DNA of 14,617 nt from Candidatus Latescibacterota bacterium (GTDB taxonomy: Bacteria; Latescibacterota; UBA2968; UBA8231): NCBI GenBank assembly GCA_965243025.1, contig CBDETY010000001.1:1-14617 (forward strand), written 5' to 3'. Of this stretch, positions 1-5,929 are shown in pieces. Within the stretch, counting starts at the first letter, position 1; each line of letters opens with the position of its first letter. Both the position numbers and the translations under genes were made by a program. The notes below the pieces were generated by a model that saw only the letters and a list, made by a program, of their open reading frames with translations, ran no database searches and had not been told where the DNA came from.

Positions 1-573
1 CCCCACGGCGCGGCGGGGCGGGAAATGGACACACATTGCGGTCGGGCGCATCTTGGCCCGCGCGGAGCGGACGCAGCCCGAGGAGGCCAGCCCGATGGCC
101 GCCCAGGCTGACCCACCCCCAGCGCCAGCGGAGCCGCCGGCCAGCCCAGCGCCAGCGGAGCCGCCGGCCAGCCCAGCGCCAGCGCGCCAGAAGAGTGAGG
201 CCCAGACCCAGGTCCAGCACGAGGCCGCGCTACAACAGCTGAGCACGAGCTATCAGGGGGCGATGAAACGCGAGCTGGGGAGCATTGCGAGCGTGACGGC
301 GCAGGAGGCCAAGGTCGTACGGAAAGTCGTCGTCCGGCTGTGGTTCTGGTTCGCGGTCGGCGGGGTGCTGCTGATCGGGAGCTTGACCCTGGGCACCTGG
401 GGACTCGCTGCGGGGCTGACGGCCAGCATCGACAGCAAGCTGAAAGAGCGGGCCACGCTCACGCGGGAGATTGCGCAGCAGCAAGCGACGCTGCGCGAGC
501 GCCGCCGTTCAAGGGCAAGGAGTCGGATCCGGTGTATGCGGGCAAATGGGTGGCGAAACTCGCCGAGGAGTGA
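1..573 (+). pseudogene. 5'-truncated, frameshifted copy of the HTH-MbeB-like gene (copy A)
   Basis: Matches 4879-5527 but lacks 76 bp (5379-5454) after position 500, shifting the frame. May be an assembly or read error. Confidence 0.7.
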
Positions 574-1101
574 GGGCCTGGCCCTTCCCGCCTTTCCCCT
601 TGTCAACCGGGGGCGAAGGGGGTCAGCCGGCGGCCAGAGTCTGACCGGACGCCCCTCGGCCGGGGAGTGCCGGAGGACAGCCAGGGCCTTGACTGGCTCC
701 CGCACGGCACGGACGGCCGCTGCCTGCCAGGCTCCCGCTGCCTGCAACCCCGCCGCCCGCTTGTCCGCGCCGGGCCTTGGCGGCGCGTCCGAGCGGCCGC
801 CCTCCGGTCCAAACTGAACAATCTTCGGCTGTTTGGCCGTTTGACCCGCGATTTGTTCAGCCGCGCTGGGTGAGCCTCGGCCCGTAAGTCCCTGATTTTC
901 CTGAACTCGGCCTCGGCCGCTGCGTGAGAAAGAGGGTAGGACCGTGCTCAGTGGGCAGGGGGGGGTGAGCACGGCCCCGAGGGAAAGAGAGAGTCCCGTC
1001 AGGCTACACAGCCAAGGCGGCGGATGCAAACCAGCCGGGCCGTGACGCAGGCGAGATGGAGCCTCAGCGCTGCTCGACAATCCACCCCGTACCTAAATCG
1101 A

Positions 1102-1677
1102 TCACCTCAACCCTCTGCGCCGTCTTTTCTTTTTCGCCCCGGCCTCCAGCGGCGCGCGCATCTTCTTGTAGAGCATGAAAAGATGCTCTACACGTTCACG
1201 CTCCGAAGCGAAGCCGCCAGGCCGGTACAGCCGGTCCACCGCCCGGTCGAGGTCGTTATGGGCCTTGCGCAGATCGGGCGGCATCTGGTTGGGGTTGTAC
1301 AGGTCGGCCAGGGTCACACCGGTATGGGTGGCACGGGCGTTGAGCACAGCTTGGGCCAGCGATTCCAGTTTTGCCAGCTTCTCACCTTGGGGCGGCAGGG
1401 GGAAGGTATTATAGACGACGCCAACAGAGTACATGTAATCGCTCTTCATTCGTCCCGTCACGGTACGCATCCACGCCATATGCATGGCAGAGGTAAGAAG
1501 CGCGAAATCAGTGAGGGTGGCCTGCAACTCCTGGGCGTCCTTGTCCAACTCGGCCGCAAATTGGGTCAGCAGCCGGACGATCTCCTCGGGGGGGAGGAGG
1601 CGCACCAAGTCCGCCAGGTACTCCAAGCTCACCTCGCCCTGGTCATCCGCCACGATCTGAATCAGGACCTGCCCCAT
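1102..1677 (-). CDS. Protein with MmeI-family (type IIL RM) C-terminal region and an unrelated ~52-aa N-terminus, 191 aa
   Basis: Motifs TSAMHMAWMRTVTGRMKSDYMYS..VYNTFPLP, TLADLYNPNQMPPDLRKAHNDLDRAVDRLY and ERVEHLFMLY are typical of the end of MmeI-like enzymes. GAGGAGG RBS lies 5 nt before the ATG. Confidence 0.88.
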   Translation of the reverse strand: MGQVLIQIVADDQGEVSLEYLADLVRLLPPEEIVRLLTQFAAELDKDAQELQATLTDFALLTSAMHMAWMRTVTGRMKSDYMYSVGVVYNTFPLPPQGEKLAKLESLAQAVLNARATHTGVTLADLYNPNQMPPDLRKAHNDLDRAVDRLYRPGGFASERERVEHLFMLYKKMRAPLEAGAKKKRRRRGLR

Positions 1678-1699
1678 GTCGGCCTCCTCAGCCGCCGTG

Positions 1700-2146
1700 T
1701 CACGGTTGGGCCGGCGCGGTGCGTTCGATCAGGGTCTGCAAAGCGTCGCCTTGTTGGCGTAAAGCGTCGCCTTGTTGGCGAAAGGCGTCGCCCTGCTGCC
1801 GTAAGGCTTCCATCGTGGCCTCGTGCTGCTCGCGGCTGGCGGTGGCTTGGAGGCGTAAGGCGTCGAGCGTGGCCTCGTGCTGCTCGCGGCTGGCGATGGC
1901 TTGGAGGCGTAAGGCGTCCATCGCTTCGGCGTGGCGTTGCGCCTCCGCCTGGGCCTGGGCGCGGGTTTGCTGCTCGCGGCTCGTATTGCTCCGGTACATC
2001 AGCCCCAGCCCGACCGTGAGCAGCACGAGTTGCCCCAGCCCGACCCCCAAGGCGACCCACGCCAGCGGGGTCATGCCTGCCGGTGGGACCAGTGCCTGTA
2101 AGGCGGCCAGGGTGGCCGCACCCAGTTCGATAGTTTGACTCTCCAT
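1700..2146 (-). CDS. Hypothetical membrane-anchored coiled-coil repeat protein, 148 aa
   Basis: Hydrophobic segment LAWVALGVGLGQLVLLTVGLGLM is followed by an A/Q/E/R-rich helix with in-frame 18-aa and 7-aa repeats. Co-oriented between rep and the MmeI-C gene. The RBS is weak. Confidence 0.8.
   Translation of the reverse strand: MESQTIELGAATLAALQALVPPAGMTPLAWVALGVGLGQLVLLTVGLGLMYRSNTSREQQTRAQAQAEAQRHAEAMDALRLQAIASREQHEATLDALRLQATASREQHEATMEALRQQGDAFRQQGDALRQQGDALQTLIERTAPAQP
1740..1921. repeat. Intragenic tandem repeats: 3 x 21 bp (1740-1802) and 2 x 54 bp (1814-1921); also at +4988 and +9976
   Basis: 21-bp units aaagcgtcgccttgttggcgt / aaagcgtcgccttgttggcga / aaggcgtcgccctgctgccgt. cgtggcctcgtgctgctcgcggctggc occurs at 1814 and 1868. 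Confidence 0.92.
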
Positions 2147-2252
2147 AGGTCGCTCTTTAGCACAAATCCGGCCAGAATCGGGCGAAAATCAAAATTCAAA
2201 ATTCGGGAGTAGGCCAGGACCTAATTTTCAATCACTTTTCAGGAGCCGGGAA

Positions 2253-2287
2253 GGGCACACATCCTGCTTTGGTTCGGTTTACACCCC
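2253..2287 (-). promoter_or_regulatory. Candidate ColE2-like replication origin overlapping the rep stop codon (also 7241-7275, 12229-12263)
   Basis: ColE2-family origins lie immediately 3' of rep. The minus strand reads GGTGTAAACCGAACCAAAGCAGGATGTGTGCCC, loosely similar to the ColE2 ori end as I recall it (CCTTATCAGATAACAGCGCC). Confidence 0.45.
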
Positions 2288-3244
2288 TCGCCGCACGATC
2301 TTGGACACGGCCATTGCTGACAGACCATAGACACGCGCCGTCGCCCGCATGGACTCGCCCGCTTGCACGGCCGCTACGATTGCCGCGTCTCGGTCGGCCG
2401 TGCGTTCCCGCCGCGCCTGGCCGGATTTCTTGCCCCGTGCCGCCTGGATGAACGAGAACGTCCGCTGCGTCTGCCCGCTCTGCAAGTTCTTGGACTGAAT
2501 CCGCCGAATGCTCTTGACGATCCCGCCTAGCTCCCGTTCCCCCAGCGGCAGGACAAATTCCGCGTTCAGGGCCGCCAGGTACGTCGCCAGGCCGGCCCAG
2601 TCGCCCCAATGCGCCGGCCGACCCGTCCACTTCATCCCCGCCCGGAACAGCGCATCGTTCCGCCCATACACCGTCAGCGGCCGCCGAGGCCGACGCCACC
2701 CAAACGGGATCGACTCGCCCAGCTCGGCTAGGGTGTACGGCTCCTGGCGCAGCCAGTCCGTCCGGTAGCGCCCCTGACTGGCCCACTCCAGGGGGTTGTG
2801 AGCCAGTACCGCAGGGTACGCCAGGTCTGCGTGCAGCGTGGCCGCCAGATATTCCCCAACACGAGCCAGCCACCCCTGCGGTGTCGGCCGCGCTTCCTCA
2901 CCCCGCAGCACCGGCCGGGCCAGGGCGTAGACCAGGTGGGCGTGCTGATTCGCCCGCCGCCACGTCGCCCAGTTCGGGACCGGCACCACCCCATCGAAAA
3001 TCTCCAGCCCCCAGTCGGGCCGATCTACGTCGAAAATCAGCGCCGGGATGCTGTTGGCTGTCCGCCCGAGTTCCAGTTCGGGATGGGTCCAGGCTTCCGC
3101 CGGCGGCATCCGCCGGGAGCCGAGCCAGATCCCTGCCGCGTTCTTGCCATAGGACGCCAGCGGATAGTGATGAAATTCGCGCAGGCCGTAGCGCCGGACC
3201 TGGCGCGGGACAAAGTCGATACCGGGTAATATGAGCTGCTGCAT
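2279..3244 (-). CDS. rep: ColE2-type plasmid replication initiator (replicase/primase + PriCT-like region + C-terminal HTH), 321 aa
   Basis: Replicase motifs LIFDVDRP, PVPNW and HAHLVYAL; GRNDALF ... PLGERELGGIVKSI (PriCT-like); ARGKKSGQARR; C-terminal HTH (GESMRATARVYGLSAMAVSKIV). G-rich RBS upstream. Confidence 0.93.
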   Translation of the reverse strand: MQQLILPGIDFVPRQVRRYGLREFHHYPLASYGKNAAGIWLGSRRMPPAEAWTHPELELGRTANSIPALIFDVDRPDWGLEIFDGVVPVPNWATWRRANQHAHLVYALARPVLRGEEARPTPQGWLARVGEYLAATLHADLAYPAVLAHNPLEWASQGRYRTDWLRQEPYTLAELGESIPFGWRRPRRPLTVYGRNDALFRAGMKWTGRPAHWGDWAGLATYLAALNAEFVLPLGERELGGIVKSIRRIQSKNLQSGQTQRTFSFIQAARGKKSGQARRERTADRDAAIVAAVQAGESMRATARVYGLSAMAVSKIVRRGV

Positions 3245-3280
3245 GGGCCGCCCCTCCCCTCATCGGTCGGGGGATGGGAC

Positions 3281-3309
3281 TTGAGCAGCGGGGGGAGGTA
3301 GGGTAGGGT
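3281..3309 (+). promoter_or_regulatory. Putative sigma70-type promoter for an antisense RNA in the rep leader
   Basis: TTGAGC (3281-3286), 17-bp spacer, TAGGGT (3304-3309), pointing at a two-hairpin region that ends in a T-rich tract. Confidence 0.45.
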
Positions 3310-3314
3310 TTCCT

Positions 3315-3398
3315 ACGCGTGAAGCTGCCCGGTCCCATCCGGGTTGTCTGTTCGAGAAAGCCCCTTGGATTAGAGCCGTGGGGCTTTCGCTCTTTTGT
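3315..3398 (+). ncRNA. Putative ~85-nt antisense copy-number control RNA, RNAI-like (also ~8303-8386, ~13291-13374)
   Basis: Antisense to the rep 5' leader. Hairpin cccgg/ccggg (3328-3343), then hairpin gaaagcccc/ggggctttc (3356-3388) and gctcttttgtt. ColE2 plasmids use antisense control in this position. Confidence 0.55.
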
Positions 3399-3399
3399 T
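3356..3399 (+). terminator. Intrinsic terminator-like hairpin
   Basis: 9-bp perfect stem gaaagcccc/ggggctttc followed by a T-rich tail. Confidence 0.6.
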
Positions 3400-3681
3400 C
3401 CCCGGCATTATGCCACGTCCCGCCCTTTTCGCCACCAGCGCGCCGGCGTAAACCCCTGTTGTTTGGTGAGGGTCTAGGTAAGGGCCGAGCCGATTACGGC
3501 CGTCTGCGGCCCTGTATGGCGGTCGGATTCCGCCGGCGCGGCCGATCTGCCCCGCTGTGGCCCGAAAACGGCCCGTAGCGACGCAAACGGCCACAGACGG
3601 CCTTGGGACGGCTTTGGGGGCCTGGGCGAGCCACAGGGGCCGCCCACGGCCTCCGCAGCGGGCTGTCCGGGCGGGAGAATA

Positions 3682-4221
3682 CTAGCACGGCGGCCCGCCG
3701 GCGAGCGGGGCGAGAGCGGGGTCGGGCGCGGCTCGCTTGCGCGGCCGACCACGCCGGCGGGCGGGGGGACGGGCTGGCAGGAAATCTGCATCCTCCAAGT
3801 CGAAGGGCGAGGACAGGCCCGCTTCTTCGCATAAGGGCACAATGGCCCGGTGGCACGCCGCCCGCACAGCGGTCTGGTACGTGGCCTGCACGACCTCGAA
3901 CTGTGCTCGGGCGGCGTCGATGACCTGGCGCAGATCAGCCGGCGCGACTTGCTCCCCCCGGTGGATCGACCGCACGAGCATGTTGAGATTGCGCCCGATC
4001 GCGTTCATCTCCCGGCTCAGCCGGCGCAGCTCGATCTTGTCGTCATCGAAGAAATCCGGCCCGCCTGTGACGGCTTCCCGGATCAGCCGCCGGATCAGCC
4101 GGCTGGGCGGCTCCTGTACCTGGTCCGCAATCCGCCGCAGCGCCGCCGCTTCTTGCTCTCGGAGCCGTACCCCGTAGACAATCGACCGCGCTGCACGTGG
4201 TTCAAGCTTGGGTCGTGCCAT
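3682..4221 (-). CDS. mobC: NikA/MobC-like relaxosome accessory protein (RHH + MobC motif), 179 aa from ATG at 4221
   Basis: RHH-like YGVRLREQEAAALRRIADQVQEPPSRLIRRLI and MobC motif LSREMNAIGRNLNMLVR. GAGGAGG RBS (4229-4235) precedes ATG 4221. Adjacent to the oriT-like site. Confidence 0.85.
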   Translation of the reverse strand: MARPKLEPRAARSIVYGVRLREQEAAALRRIADQVQEPPSRLIRRLIREAVTGGPDFFDDDKIELRRLSREMNAIGRNLNMLVRSIHRGEQVAPADLRQVIDAARAQFEVVQATYQTAVRAACHRAIVPLCEEAGLSSPFDLEDADFLPARPPARRRGRPRKRAAPDPALAPLAGGPPC

Positions 4222-4344
4222 CCGTTGACCTCCTCGAAACGGCCAGCCTGGGCCGAGCCTCGCTGGCGCCCGCCTGCCCCGGCTCTCACCCTCGGTAGTG
4301 CGAGCTGAAGGACTTGCCGGCCCTGGCCGGGCGGCGAAGCCGGA

Positions 4345-4380
4345 GCAATCGTTTTTGTACAACAGATTGCATATCCTGCC
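4345..4380 (+). other. MOBP-type origin of transfer (oriT); predicted nic between 4378 and 4379
   Basis: Inverted repeat GCAATC(4345-4350)...GATTGC(4365-4370) is directly followed by ATATCCTG^C. This matches the MOBP nic consensus YATCCTG^Y and the R64 arrangement ATTGCACATCCTG^T. It lies upstream of mobC. Confidence 0.8.
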
Positions 4381-4570
4381 TCACAATAATTCCCCACACT
4401 GAACCACTCTCCGAACTACTCCGCCGCGAACCAGCCAGCAAAAGACGCGGCAAGGACACCAGCCCCGAAGTATAGCCCACAATTGGCCCAAAAGCAGGGC
4501 ACAAGAGGGGCGACCGAGGGTGGAAGCAGCCAACCGAGGACGGAAGCGGTCAAGGTCTGGACTGGCCGAC

Positions 4571-4630
4571 CCGTACCGACAGAATCAGACCCACACCGAC
4601 AGCGGCCAGTCCACACCGACAGAGCCGGGC
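4571..4630 (+). repeat. Three iteron-like direct repeats with 20-bp period (also 9559-9618, 14547-14606)
   Basis: ccgtaccgacag (4571), ccacaccgacag (4591), ccacaccgacag (4611). Confidence 0.8.
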
Positions 4631-4696
4631 AGCTCACGGCTGGAAAGGTTTGTCAAAGTTGGTGTAAAGATAAGGAAAATCAGGAGCTTGCCTGGT

Positions 4697-4756
4697 TTTG
4701 GTCCAGACGGTGAACCGAACATTGATCCGGGCGTTGGTCCGGGTGTTGAACCAGGA
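4697..4756 (+). repeat. Five degenerate 12-bp tandem units just upstream of the HTH-MbeB start (also 9685-9744)
   Basis: tttggtccagac ggtgaaccgaac attgatccgggc gttggtccgggt gttgaaccagga; consensus nnTGRWCCRRRn. Confidence 0.65.
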
Positions 4757-4765
4757 GGGGCCGGA

Positions 4766-5527
4766 ATGAATCGCAAACAAGCCGAGCACGATAGGACCGT
4801 CCTCCCCCGGATTCAAGCGCTGCTGGCCCAGGGCCGGAGTCGGCGGGAGATCGCCGAGCAGCTGCAACACGACGGCGTCCCCACGGCGCGGCGGGGCGGG
4901 AAATGGACACACATTGCGGTCGGGCGCATCTTGGCCCGCGCGGAGCGGACGCAGCCCGAGGAGGCCAGCCCGATGGCCGCCCAGGCTGACCCACCCCCAG
5001 CGCCAGCGGAGCCGCCGGCCAGCCCAGCGCCAGCGGAGCCGCCGGCCAGCCCAGCGCCAGCGCGCCAGAAGAGTGAGGCCCAGACCCAGGTCCAGCACGA
5101 GGCCGCGCTACAACAGCTGAGCACGAGCTATCAGGGGGCGATGAAACGCGAGCTGGGGAGCATTGCGAGCGTGACGGCGCAGGAGGCCAAGGTCGTACGG
5201 AAAGTCGTCGTCCGGCTGTGGTTCTGGTTCGCGGTCGGCGGGGTGCTGCTGATCGGGAGCTTGACCCTGGGCACCTGGGGACTCGCTGCGGGGCTGACGG
5301 CCAGCATCGACAGCAAGCTGAAAGAGCGGGCCACGCTCACGCGGGAGATTGCGCAGCAGCAAGCGACGCTGCGCGAGCTGGAGAAAGAAACCTGGGGCGT
5401 GGGCTTTCATGACACGACGGGCGGCAAGTACATCACGTGGCCGGGCCACTACCGGCCGCCGTTCAAGGGCAAGGAGTCGGATCCGGTGTATGCGGGCAAA
5501 TGGGTGGCGAAACTCGCCGAGGAGTGA
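4766..5527 (+). CDS. Fusion of a serine-recombinase-type DNA-binding domain, Pro/Ala linker and MbeB/MobB-like TM-coiled-coil C-terminus, 253 aa
   Basis: N-terminal GRSRREIAEQLQHDGVPTARRGGKWTHIAVGRIL resembles the recombinase DNA-binding motif. TM helix LWFWFAVGGVLLIGSLTLGTWGLA. C-terminal EIAQQQATLRELEKETWGVGFHDTTGGKYITWP resembles the MbeB C-terminus as I recall it (TLQKLNAKTWGVEF...KFLVLP). AGGAGG precedes ATG 4766. Confidence 0.82.
   Translation: MNRKQAEHDRTVLPRIQALLAQGRSRREIAEQLQHDGVPTARRGGKWTHIAVGRILARAERTQPEEASPMAAQADPPPAPAEPPASPAPAEPPASPAPARQKSEAQTQVQHEAALQQLSTSYQGAMKRELGSIASVTAQEAKVVRKVVVRLWFWFAVGGVLLIGSLTLGTWGLAAGLTASIDSKLKERATLTREIAQQQATLRELEKETWGVGFHDTTGGKYITWPGHYRPPFKGKESDPVYAGKWVAKLAEE
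4997..5062 (+). repeat. 27-bp tandem repeat (~2.4 copies) encoding a PAPAEPPAS linker (also 119-184, 9985-10050)
   Basis: ccagcgccagcggagccgccggccagc at 4997 and 5024, partial at 5051. Confidence 0.92.
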
Positions 5528-5883
5528 GGGCCTGGCCCTTCCCGCCTTTCCCCTTGTCAACCGGGGGCGAAGGGGTCAGCCGGCGGCCAGAGTCTGACCG
5601 GACGCCCCTCGGCCGGGGAGTGCCGGAGGACAGCCAGGGCCTTGACTGGCTCCCGCACGGCACGGACGGCCGCTGCCTGCCAGGCTCCCGCTGCCTGCAA
5701 CCCCGCCGCCCGCTTGTCCGCGCCGGGCCTTGGCGGCGCGTCCGAGCGGCCGCCCTCCGGTCCAAACTGAACAATCTTCGGCTGTTTGGCCGTTTGACCC
5801 GCGATTTGTTCAGCCGCGCTGGGTGAGCCTCGGCCCGTAAGTCCCTGATTTTCCTGAACTCGGCCTCGGCCGCTGCGTCCGCA

Positions 5884-5911
5884 GTGTCTGATAACGCGCA
5901 ATGTGTCAACT
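5884..5911 (+). other. dif/psi-like XerC/XerD recombination site (11-6-11)
   Basis: GTGTCTGATAA-CGCGCA-ATGTGTCAACT versus E. coli dif GGTGCGCATAA-TGTATA-TTATGTTAAAT. It keeps the inner ATAA of the XerC arm, a 6-bp spacer and TGTcAAcT of the XerD arm. Intergenic and AT-richer than its surroundings. Confidence 0.6.
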
Positions 5912-5929
5912 TTGAGAAAGAGGGTAGGA

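Noticed and set aside
253-1080. 275-aa minus ORF and 254-aa plus ORF (53-817) unique to copy A
   Set aside because: Created by the copy A indels joining unrelated frames.
1102-1677. Functional restriction-modification system
   Set aside because: No methyltransferase or nuclease motifs anywhere in the unit.
1024-2019. 331-aa plus-strand ORF and its copies
   Set aside because: Antisense shadow of two better-supported minus-strand genes; no recognisable motifs.
3370-3856. Relaxase remnant downstream of mobC
   Set aside because: The ORFs here are Pro/Arg/Ala-rich GC noise with no HUH or catalytic Tyr motif context.
4222-4362. 47-aa N-terminal extension of mobC
   Set aside because: It starts inside the oriT inverted repeat, whereas ATG 4221 has a GAGGAGG RBS.
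4571-4630. Possible mini-CRISPR array
   Set aside because: 12-bp repeats with 8-bp spacers are far too short, and there are no cas genes.
4520-4765. Upstream extension giving a 335-aa version of the fusion protein
   Set aside because: ATG 4766 has a good RBS and begins the recognisable domain, and the extension crosses repeat/promoter-like DNA. Not fully excluded.
4766-4940. Functional resolvase/serine recombinase
   Set aside because: Only the DNA-binding-type motif is present; there is no catalytic serine domain.
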